Below, one piece after another: positions 19,450 to 27,701 of a stretch of 64,000 nucleotides of DNA (position 1 is its first letter; every line of letters begins with the position of its first letter). The stretch covers positions 7,001-71,000 of the forward strand of contig JBMNRV010000008.1 in NCBI GenBank assembly GCA_050944835.1, written 5' to 3'. The position numbers and the translations under genes are program-made. The stretch comes from Kiritimatiellia bacterium (GTDB lineage Bacteria; Verrucomicrobiota; Kiritimatiellia; JAAZAB01). The notes beneath the pieces were generated by a model, which worked only from the letters and a program-made list of their open reading frames with translations, ran no database searches and was not told the DNA's origin.

Positions 19450-20476
19450 AGAATCTAATTGGAAAATCAATAAATTGCGCGAAAAAGATACAACGATATT
19501 GAATTCACCGGAATCAGTTGCCGCGCCACTGCTGTCTGTGGAAGATTTGCGGGTTTACTTTCGTACGGAGCATGATCCGATCCGGGCGGCGGATGGTGTT
19601 TCGTTTAACGTGGCTGCCGGTGAAACTGTGGCGTTGGTCGGCGAAAGCGGATCCGGCAAAAGCGTTACCGCCCTTGCCTTGACGCAGTTGATGGGCAGCG
19701 CCGGGTATATTGCGGGCGGGCGGATATTATTCGATGGGCGCGACCTGCTCCGGTTGCCGCCGGATGAATTGCGGCGCTTGCGTGGTGCGGCGATATCGTA
19801 TGTATTTCAGGACCCATCTTCCTCGCTCAATCCGGTGTTCCGCGCCGGGTGGCAGGTGGCGGAGGCATTGCGATTGCACCGGCGCGACTTGGATGCGCGT
19901 GAAGAAACGCTGCGATTGTTTAAGATGGTGGGATTGGCGGACCCGGCGCGTTGTCTGAGCGCTTATCCGCATGAGATGAGCGGTGGCATGCAGCAGCGTG
20001 TTATGATCGCAATGGCTTTGGCTTGCCGTCCGCGGCTGCTGGTGGCCGATGAACCGACTACGGCCTTAGATGTCACTGTGCAGGCCCAGATTTTGGATTT
20101 ACTTGTGCGGTTGCAGGCGGAACTTGGCATGGCGGTGTTATTGATTACACATAACCTGACCCTGGTTGCGGGGATAGCCGCCAGAGTCAATGTCATGTAT
20201 GCCGGCCGCGTCGTGGAATCCGGAGCGACGGCCTCCATTTTGCGCGCGCCGGCTCACCCTTATACCCGCGGATTGCTACAAGCGGTACCGCGTCTGGGCG
20301 CTGCCGGCGTTGAATTGACTGGCATACCCGGCTCCGTCCCGCACCCGGCGCGCCTGCCGCCCGGATGCAAGTTCCATCCACGTTGCCCGCAGGCGCGGCC
20401 GGAGTGTCGGCGCAGCGAACCGGAGTTAACCGCAACGGAAGAAGGACGTTTTGTACGATGCCCCTATTGGAAGTAA
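19418..20476 (+). CDS. Oligopeptide/dipeptide ABC transporter ATP-binding protein (OppD-like)
   Basis: Walker A GESGSGKS, ABC signature MSGGMQQRV, Walker B LLVADEPTTALD, and C-terminal oligopeptide-ABC extension with Cys cluster (CKFHPRCPQARPECR). The start is uncertain (32-nt overlap with the HAD gene; an alternative TTG lies near 19500). Confidence 0.8.
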   Translation: MNCPRSWRRSRESNWKINKLREKDTTILNSPESVAAPLLSVEDLRVYFRTEHDPIRAADGVSFNVAAGETVALVGESGSGKSVTALALTQLMGSAGYIAGGRILFDGRDLLRLPPDELRRLRGAAISYVFQDPSSSLNPVFRAGWQVAEALRLHRRDLDAREETLRLFKMVGLADPARCLSAYPHEMSGGMQQRVMIAMALACRPRLLVADEPTTALDVTVQAQILDLLVRLQAELGMAVLLITHNLTLVAGIAARVNVMYAGRVVESGATASILRAPAHPYTRGLLQAVPRLGAAGVELTGIPGSVPHPARLPPGCKFHPRCPQARPECRRSEPELTATEEGRFVRCPYWK

Positions 20477-21429
20477 ATGATTTGCAGGTGCGTTATCCGG
20501 TCGGACGCCGCCGCTGGATCACAGCGGTGGACGGAGTATCCTTGACGGTGGCGGCTGGTGAAAGCGTCGGCCTGGTAGGCGAAAGCGGTTGCGGTAAAAG
20601 TACTTTAGGCAATGCTATTTTGCGCCTGACACCGATCAGCGGCGGTGGCGTACGCTTTGATGGCCGTTCCACTGCGGATTTGCGTGGGCGCGCATTACAA
20701 TCGTTCCGTCGGCGCGTACAGATGGTTTTTCAGGACCCATACGGCTCTTTAAATCCGCGCTTGACTATCGGCGCGGCGCTGGAAGAGGTCTTGGCGGTGC
20801 ATCGTCTCGGCAATCGCGCCGCCCGCATGGTGCGGGTGGCCGAATTATTACGGCAGACCGGTTTGGATCCGGATTATGCCCGGCGCTATCCGCATGAATT
20901 AAGCGGTGGCCAGCGGCAACGGGTCGGTATTGCCCGGGCCTTGGCGTTAAACCCGGTATTGATCATCGCTGACGAGCCGGTTTCGGCTTTGGATGTTTCC
21001 GTGCAAGCCCAGATTCTGCGCCTGATGCGCGATTTGCAGCGCGCCGCCGGCTTGGCATGGCTGTTCATTGCGCATGATTTGGCAGTGGTCAATTATATGT
21101 GTCAACGGGTATATGTCATGTATTTCGGCCGGATTATGGAGTCCGGACCTGCCAATGATATATTCAACCATCCGGCGCATCCATATACCAAAGCCTTATT
21201 GGCAGCCGTGCCGACACTGGATGCCGCCGCCGGGGGCAAATATTTGCAAAGCCGTGTGCTGCATGGGGAAACTCCTGCCGCAGGGAGCGCTATTGCCGGT
21301 TGCCCGTTTCATCCGCGCTGCGCGCATGCCAGGGATGTCTGTCGTGCGCAGATACCGCCGTTGACGGAAGAGGCGCCGGGTCGTTGGTGCCGCTGCCACC
21401 TGACATCTGATGTCAAGGTGGCCATCTGA
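20458..21429 (+). CDS. Oligopeptide/dipeptide ABC transporter ATP-binding protein (OppF-like)
   Basis: Start MPLLEVNDLQVRYP at 20458. Walker A GESGCGKST, signature LSGGQRQRV, Walker B LIIADEPVSALD, and C-terminal Cys/His cluster (CPFHPRCAHARDVC). Confidence 0.85.
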   Translation: MPLLEVNDLQVRYPVGRRRWITAVDGVSLTVAAGESVGLVGESGCGKSTLGNAILRLTPISGGGVRFDGRSTADLRGRALQSFRRRVQMVFQDPYGSLNPRLTIGAALEEVLAVHRLGNRAARMVRVAELLRQTGLDPDYARRYPHELSGGQRQRVGIARALALNPVLIIADEPVSALDVSVQAQILRLMRDLQRAAGLAWLFIAHDLAVVNYMCQRVYVMYFGRIMESGPANDIFNHPAHPYTKALLAAVPTLDAAAGGKYLQSRVLHGETPAAGSAIAGCPFHPRCAHARDVCRAQIPPLTEEAPGRWCRCHLTSDVKVAI

Positions 21430-21499
21430 TTGACATATGCAGGACAAATTGCTATTTTAACCCGTAACCATGAGCATTCCTCAGAAATGATTTTTATTT

Positions 21500-22945
21500 A
21501 TGCTCTTCCCTACCATTGATTTTGCTCTGTTTTTCCTGATAGCCTTTGCTTTATGTTGGCTGCTGCGCCAATACTCGACGCTTTGGAAGTGGAGCATGCT
21601 TGCCGCCAGTTACTTCTTTTATGGCTATTGGGATTGGCGGTTTGTCGGATTGCTGATCGGATCAAGCGTAGTTAATCACCTTTTGGCATTATGGATTGAT
21701 CGCTCGGACCGCGTGAGTATGCGCCGCTTGGCGTTGACTTTAGCGTTGGTAATTAATTTGGGCGTGCTGGTGTTTTTTAAGTATGCCGCTTTTTTCGCGG
21801 AACAGGCCTTTTGGATACAACATCACTTTGCGGCTTCCGATGCCGCAGTTGCGGAACGATGGATACCATTGTTAAATTACTTGGGCACCATCATTCTGCC
21901 GGTAGGCATTTCCTTTTTTACCTTCCAGGCTCTGAGCTATGTCGCCGATGTCTATCGGCGGCAAATGAAGCCCGCTGACTGCTGGGTGGATGTGGCGCTC
22001 TTCCTGGCGTTTTTCCCGCAATTGGTAGCCGGCCCGATTGTGCGGGCGCGCGCTTTGATCGGCCAGTTAGCCGGACCGTTGACACCGCGGCGTCTGGACA
22101 TCGGCCGTGCCGCGCCGATGATTATGGGCGGGTTATTCAAGAAAATCGTTGTGGCCAATTATCTGGCGGAAAAAATAGTGGATCCGGTATTTGCGCGGCC
22201 GGACCTATACGGCACGTGGGATGCGCTCGTGGCAGTATATGCCTACGCCATCCAGATATACTGTGATTTTTCAGCCTACTCGGATATGGCCATCGGTTTT
22301 TGCCTGCTGTTGGGGTTCCATATTCCTTTGAATTTCGATGCCCCATACCTGGCCGGCTCTATCCGGAATTTCTGGCGTCGCTGGCATATGTCACTCTCTT
22401 TTTTCCTGCGGGATTACCTCTACATCCCATTGGGTGGGTCGCGTCGCGGTGAAGTCCGTACTTACGTCAACGTGATGGTGACATTCCTACTGGGCGGACT
22501 CTGGCACGGCGCGGGCTGGACTTTCATCATCTGGGGCGGATTGCACGGGGCTTATCAGATAGTGGAGCGCTTGATCGGCAAGTGGATTGGGAACCGTGTT
22601 CCAGATGGATTTGTCACCGACATCATACGCGGGTTGCTTGTCTGGCATTTTGTCTGTTTCGCTTGGCTGTTTTTCCGCTGCCAGACTTTTGGCGGCGCGG
22701 CGGCTATGTTGCAGGCGTTGATGCGTCTGGACCAACCGGTGCAATGCGCCGGCGGCATGGTGTTGGCGGTGATTGTAGTAGGGTATTTGACCCAACTGCT
22801 TGATGGTCGCCGCTGCGAGCGCTTCTGGGACATTTTCGGGCGCTGGCATCCGGTTTGGCAGGGGGTGGCGGTTGCAGTGGTGTTAACTTTGATTCTAGCG
22901 TTGGGCCCTAAGGGCGTTGCGCCATTTATTTATTTCCAATTTTAA
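21500..22945 (+). CDS. MBOAT-family membrane-bound O-acyltransferase (AlgI/DltB/PatA-like polysaccharide O-acetyltransferase)
   Basis: 481 aa, ~10 TM segments. AlgI-like N-terminus (MLFPTIDFALFFLIAFALCWLL). Conserved MBOAT His region (GGLWHGAGWTFIIWGGLHG). Confidence 0.8.
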   Translation: MLFPTIDFALFFLIAFALCWLLRQYSTLWKWSMLAASYFFYGYWDWRFVGLLIGSSVVNHLLALWIDRSDRVSMRRLALTLALVINLGVLVFFKYAAFFAEQAFWIQHHFAASDAAVAERWIPLLNYLGTIILPVGISFFTFQALSYVADVYRRQMKPADCWVDVALFLAFFPQLVAGPIVRARALIGQLAGPLTPRRLDIGRAAPMIMGGLFKKIVVANYLAEKIVDPVFARPDLYGTWDALVAVYAYAIQIYCDFSAYSDMAIGFCLLLGFHIPLNFDAPYLAGSIRNFWRRWHMSLSFFLRDYLYIPLGGSRRGEVRTYVNVMVTFLLGGLWHGAGWTFIIWGGLHGAYQIVERLIGKWIGNRVPDGFVTDIIRGLLVWHFVCFAWLFFRCQTFGGAAAMLQALMRLDQPVQCAGGMVLAVIVVGYLTQLLDGRRCERFWDIFGRWHPVWQGVAVAVVLTLILALGPKGVAPFIYFQF

Positions 22946-23001
22946 CTTCAATATGTTAAGTTTATCCACATCCGGAATGCGGGCGGCATAACGGTCTCTC
23001 G

Positions 23002-23316
23002 TTGCATGGAAGCAGCGGAAGGGTGAACGCAATGCGGGACAGTCATACAAAAGATCGGCGGGATATCGGCGAGCTGCGCGCGGAAAAACAGGCCGGTGTA
23101 TCGCTGCGCCACTTGGTTACGGCATTGCTGGTTTTTTATTTAGTTGCCGCTATTTTGAATGGGCGGCACTTGTACGAGGCGGCCGAACGCCGTCCATACG
23201 GGCCTGTCCGGAGCGTCTGGTTGGCGGCGCTGACGCCGGCGCGCGCCGTTTCGACAGCGCTTGGCGCAGATCGGTTGCGCGCGTCAGTGGAGGATCTGTT
23301 AATTCGGGATCATTAA
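23002..23316 (+). CDS. Hypothetical small membrane protein (104 aa, one TM) between the MBOAT and SGNH genes
   Basis: ORF with a single hydrophobic segment (LVTALLVFYLVAAIL). Its position mirrors the small accessory proteins in acetylation modules (AlgF/WssG-like), but there is no recognisable motif. Confidence 0.3.
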   Translation: MHGSSGRVNAMRDSHTKDRRDIGELRAEKQAGVSLRHLVTALLVFYLVAAILNGRHLYEAAERRPYGPVRSVWLAALTPARAVSTALGADRLRASVEDLLIRDH

Positions 23317-23317
23317 A

Positions 23318-24073
23318 ATGAAAATCAAAATTGTAAAACGAGGACTGATGTGTTTGGCGGTCTGGGCCGCTGTGGTGGCGGTTGGGCGGCCCGGGCCGGA
23401 TTCGGCTGCGACGCAGGCTGTTCCGGCGCGCGTTTTGATTATTGGTGACTCCATGATGTGTTTGCCGTCGCATGCGCTGGAGCTGGCATTGGCCGGGCGC
23501 ACTGGTGTGACCACACGCGCTTACGCTTCCATCGGCACCGGATTGGCCCGCTTGGATTCGTTTGACTGGATGGAGAAAACCCGCTCATTGCTGCAAGAAT
23601 TCAATCCCGACATGACGTTGGTTTGGTTCGGCACCAACGATCGCCAGCCTATGCAGACTACCAACCGCATTGTCAAACTGGAAGAGCCGGAGTGGGAGGT
23701 GGAATATGCCGGACGCGTGAATGCCTTGATGACCTTGCTTCTTTCCGCCAACCCAACGGCGCGCGTGATGTGGCTGGAATTGCCCGATATGCGCGATGAA
23801 AAAATTCAGGCGGATGTGTTGTTGATCAATCGTTTGGTTCAAGCTGAGGCCGAGAAACACCAGCGGGTGGAATTCTTCGGTACGCGCGGGATATTGGGTT
23901 TTCGCGCCGGCAAGTTTACACCGTATGTCATCGGTTCCAAAGGATTGCCGGTTCAGGTGCGTGACCCGGATGGGATACACCTGAATCGCGCCGGAGCCGA
24001 CCGCTTGGCTGAATATATAGTTAAAGCAATCTATGAAACACCATCGGATGCGGAAACAAGTCAGGATCGTTAA
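23318..24073 (+). CDS. SGNH/GDSL-family hydrolase or acetyltransferase partner of the MBOAT (AlgJ/AlgX/PatB-like)
   Basis: Signal peptide. Block I GDS motif (VLIIGDSMM). Block III GTND-like (WFGTNDR). C-terminal DxxH-type catalytic region (DGIHLNRAGADR). Confidence 0.65.
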   Translation: MKIKIVKRGLMCLAVWAAVVAVGRPGPDSAATQAVPARVLIIGDSMMCLPSHALELALAGRTGVTTRAYASIGTGLARLDSFDWMEKTRSLLQEFNPDMTLVWFGTNDRQPMQTTNRIVKLEEPEWEVEYAGRVNALMTLLLSANPTARVMWLELPDMRDEKIQADVLLINRLVQAEAEKHQRVEFFGTRGILGFRAGKFTPYVIGSKGLPVQVRDPDGIHLNRAGADRLAEYIVKAIYETPSDAETSQDR

Positions 24074-27000
24074 TCGGGGATTGGCCTGGATCTGCTCGAT
24101 CTGGCTTGGAATTACGGCAGCGCCGACGGTATGGGCGCAAGATGCCTTAGAGTTATCCACGAATTTCTCATCGGCACAAGCTGTTGACGATGCCACAACC
24201 GCGGCAGTCGTTGCTCCGACCAATCTGGCGGCTGCCAAGCCCCTTGAAGTTGACCAAACAGTGCGCGCCCTGATGTATGAGGCCATGCTCAATGTGCAGG
24301 ATAAGCAATATGAAATAGCCATTCCCAAACTGGAGTCGGTGATTAAAGATGACCCGACTTTACTGGAAGCATGGTCAACACTGGGATGGGCATACTGGGC
24401 TTTGGATCGAAAACAAGATGCGGCAGAGCTCTGGCAGCGCCTGTTGAATATCGCCCCTAACGAACCGATGGGCTATAACCTGATGGCCCAGGTTGCTGTG
24501 TATGATGGCGATTTGACGCGCGCCGAAGAGCTTTTTGAGAAAAGCCTCACGTTAAATCCCGACCAATACGAAATGCGTATCTCATTGGCGCGCGTCCTGC
24601 TCTGGAATGGGAAAACCGAGCAGGCCGCCAAGGATTTGCGCCGGTTGCTGCAGGAGGATCGCGACCGGTTGGACGTGGAAATAGATTTGGCTTGGGCGAT
24701 GTATGCCAATGAGGAGTACGAGGATGTGCTGGAAGTCTGGAACCATATCAATGATGTGATTCCAGACCAGCCCGGTTATATGATGGCGCGCGCACAAGTC
24801 CTGTTGCTGATCGGCTCATTGACGGAGGCGGAAGCCGAAGCGCGCCGTATTCTGGAGATTGACCCTGGCAACCGGGATGCTTTCAACCTTTTGGCCAACC
24901 TGGCCATGCGTGCGCGCCGTCCTGAAGAAGCGATTGATGCTTTGCGCATAGTGTATGATATGGCGAAAACGGATGCCGTTCGGGCTGCGGTGGCGCTGCA
25001 AATCGCTTCCTACATGAAATCCGTGTATGATACCGATAAGACTGTTTTCACACTGTCGCAATGCTTGGATGCCGCTCATGATGCATATAAGTTGGACGAG
25101 GAAAATATTTCCTGCAAACTGTTTTATGGCGAGCTTCTGACTTCTGCCCGCCACTTCGATCGCGCTGAAGATGTTTTCCAATCGGTTATCAAAGAAAACA
25201 ATCCCTTCAACCTGCGCGCGCACATGGGGTTGGTGCACATCCTGTTGGCGAGCATGCAGCTTGATGAGGCGGAGAAGAAAATAAACGAAACCTTTCGCTT
25301 ATTTAATGTCGCTAATCCCTATCGTCACCTGTTATGGGCTCGGTTGCATTTTGCACGCGGCAATATTCCAGAGGCTATGGATGCCCTGGACCGCCTGGAG
25401 CGTGAAGGGGCTGCGGGCGCGGTCTTTACCCTGCTGTATCACGGGATCTCGCCCAGCGAATGGAGCGATGTGCCGTCGGTGCGCCAGTTCCGTGAGCACT
25501 TGATGGTGCTTCGGCGCGCTGGCTTTAAGTTTATTACACCATCGCAATTCAATGATTACTTTGCAAAACATGACAAGCCGCCGGCGGTGGAGGAGAAACG
25601 GTCGTTGCTTAGTCGCGCTCTGCAGGGGGTGCGTGCTTCTTGGAGCGGCCGACGGGTAGAGCAGGCGCAGCGTCTGTCAGATTATACTCCGGATATGACG
25701 GTGTGTGTGACGATGGACGATGCACTCCGCAATTCCTTGCGCTACGGCAATGTGGTGGCGGAAGAATTACAGGTGCCGATAACCATGTTTTTACCAGTCG
25801 GCAACATTTTGAAGCACGACACCTACACGGCTTCATTCAAGGAAATCCGTGACTATAATGCCTCCGGTTTATGGGAGATGCAAAGTCATCTCATGCAGGC
25901 AAGTTATCTCGCGATGACCAACCAGAACGGGCGTGAGGTCAACCCATTGCCGAATCTCGTCTGGTTGCCGGAAAAAAACCGTCAGGAGTCATTGCGCGAA
26001 TACCATGCCCGGCTGCGATATGAGTTTCGCGATTCGCGGCGGATTCTGGCGCGTGAGCTGGGGTTGGGAGAGTCGGAAATCAATGCTGTGGCATATCCCA
26101 TAGGTGACATCGGCCAGGAAACCACCTGCAATATTGATTTCTTCAATGTGCCGGAAGTGATTCTGAACGAAGCCGAGATCACCTACGCTCTGGGATTTAT
26201 CCAAGACGAATTCGGTTATTCCATGCCTTCCGACAACCCCATGCTTTACAAGCGTTATGAGCCCAAACGTTTTACTACCGGGCGTGAGGTGTATCGCGCG
26301 GCCATGCGCAACCATCCGGTATTCGCTGCGCGCCGCATGCGGGCTGAAATCGCGGCTCTGAGCGGTGAGCTGCATTTGGCCCAAGAAATGGTGCGCTTGT
26401 TGAAGCGCGATGGGTATCCCGAGGAAGATTTAGAGGAAATCAACACCATGGTTCATAAACATGTTGCCCGCCTGATGCATGTGCCGGAAACCGCCCCGGA
26501 TGATATTTCTATCAAAAAGGAAGTGTTGTTTGAGCCGCAAAAACCATTCTTGGCGGTCGAAGGCGATTTTACTAAGGCGAATGTAATGATCGAATCGTGG
26601 CATGGCGGCGCCGCCGCCGGGCTTAATCTGAATCCACGCTTGAGCCTGAACGTACGCGCCGGCATCGGCGGCATTAAGCAAACTGTGTTCTCCAACACAG
26701 TGGTTGAAGTTGAACAAACCAGCCGCTCTTCGTCTCGTTCCGATGTCACCATCATAACCGATGGGGAGACGATGCATCAGACTGAATACAGAACCACGGT
26801 TTCCACAGTGATGCTGCAATCCAACCGGGTTGATGAATATAAATACAAGGCCGACGAGCAGATGGTCGGCGCCGCTCTGAACTACATTCATACCCATGGC
26901 GCATACACCATGCTGGACCTGCGTTATCGCTCTTTCACCGGCGATGAATTGGATGAGGATGCCGGTGTCCTGGTCGGTTCCTTAGAACATCAATGGCGGC

Positions 27001-27614
27001 CGGTGCCGGCATTTGACACTTCTGTGCGTTACCAGCATGATCTTGTGCCGTCGGCGCGCAAGTTGCTGGAATACAATGGCTTTGCCCTGCGTGCCATCTG
27101 GCGGGTTAAGGATTGGTGGCACGCATCCACGTTTGGCGCGTTCTCCGTCTTTGATGACGATAATTCCCATTTGCATGCGAATGTCGAAAACTTGTGGCGG
27201 ATGTCAACCCGACACAATGTCTGGCTGGGTTTGCATGACTCGGTTGATACGGTGGATCGCGACAGCGATTTGTATTGGACGCCTTACTGGGATCAACGGC
27301 ATTATCTGGTGCTCCGGATCAGCCAGAGTTACCCGAATTATACTGCTGCGGCAAGGTTCCACTTGGGCTTGCAAAAAGAAAAGGCGCGTCAGGAGGACTT
27401 GGATGCATACAATACCGCCAAAGCCGCCGCCGAGGGAAAAGGTTGGTACCCAGGCAGCAATCCGCAGCAGGGTTGGAACTCATTATTGGGATTAGGGGTG
27501 ACGCTATCACGTCGCTGGCAAAGCGGCTGGGAGTTCAGTGGAGAATTTGTCGTCAATGCCATCCGCGACTATACCGAGCATACAATCAGCGGTCGCTTAA
27601 TGTATCGTTTTTAA
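24033..27614 (+). CDS. Exopolysaccharide export/modification protein. It has N-terminal TPR repeats, a central CE4 (NodB/PgaB-like) polysaccharide deacetylase-like domain, and a C-terminal outer-membrane beta-barrel (PgaA/BcsC/PelB-like porin).
   Basis: 1193 aa with signal peptide. Many TPR-like helices (AWSTLGWAYWALDRKQDAAELWQRLLNIAPNEP... and following). Central CE4-like motifs (VTMDDA ~ TFDDG; AYPIGDIGQ ~ RxPYG). The C-terminal ~450 aa are rich in amphipathic beta strands and end in ...RLMYRF (terminal aromatic OMP signature). Confidence 0.55.
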   Translation: MKHHRMRKQVRIVNRGLAWICSIWLGITAAPTVWAQDALELSTNFSSAQAVDDATTAAVVAPTNLAAAKPLEVDQTVRALMYEAMLNVQDKQYEIAIPKLESVIKDDPTLLEAWSTLGWAYWALDRKQDAAELWQRLLNIAPNEPMGYNLMAQVAVYDGDLTRAEELFEKSLTLNPDQYEMRISLARVLLWNGKTEQAAKDLRRLLQEDRDRLDVEIDLAWAMYANEEYEDVLEVWNHINDVIPDQPGYMMARAQVLLLIGSLTEAEAEARRILEIDPGNRDAFNLLANLAMRARRPEEAIDALRIVYDMAKTDAVRAAVALQIASYMKSVYDTDKTVFTLSQCLDAAHDAYKLDEENISCKLFYGELLTSARHFDRAEDVFQSVIKENNPFNLRAHMGLVHILLASMQLDEAEKKINETFRLFNVANPYRHLLWARLHFARGNIPEAMDALDRLEREGAAGAVFTLLYHGISPSEWSDVPSVRQFREHLMVLRRAGFKFITPSQFNDYFAKHDKPPAVEEKRSLLSRALQGVRASWSGRRVEQAQRLSDYTPDMTVCVTMDDALRNSLRYGNVVAEELQVPITMFLPVGNILKHDTYTASFKEIRDYNASGLWEMQSHLMQASYLAMTNQNGREVNPLPNLVWLPEKNRQESLREYHARLRYEFRDSRRILARELGLGESEINAVAYPIGDIGQETTCNIDFFNVPEVILNEAEITYALGFIQDEFGYSMPSDNPMLYKRYEPKRFTTGREVYRAAMRNHPVFAARRMRAEIAALSGELHLAQEMVRLLKRDGYPEEDLEEINTMVHKHVARLMHVPETAPDDISIKKEVLFEPQKPFLAVEGDFTKANVMIESWHGGAAAGLNLNPRLSLNVRAGIGGIKQTVFSNTVVEVEQTSRSSSRSDVTIITDGETMHQTEYRTTVSTVMLQSNRVDEYKYKADEQMVGAALNYIHTHGAYTMLDLRYRSFTGDELDEDAGVLVGSLEHQWRPVPAFDTSVRYQHDLVPSARKLLEYNGFALRAIWRVKDWWHASTFGAFSVFDDDNSHLHANVENLWRMSTRHNVWLGLHDSVDTVDRDSDLYWTPYWDQRHYLVLRISQSYPNYTAAARFHLGLQKEKARQEDLDAYNTAKAAAEGKGWYPGSNPQQGWNSLLGLGVTLSRRWQSGWEFSGEFVVNAIRDYTEHTISGRLMYRF

Positions 27615-27701
27615 ATTGCGTTTCGCTCTGTTCGCCCCGGCGACCGAGCGCCTGCATGCCTTGTTTTCCTGATGCGGCTATGCGGCTGATCGCCTGTCGT
27701 C

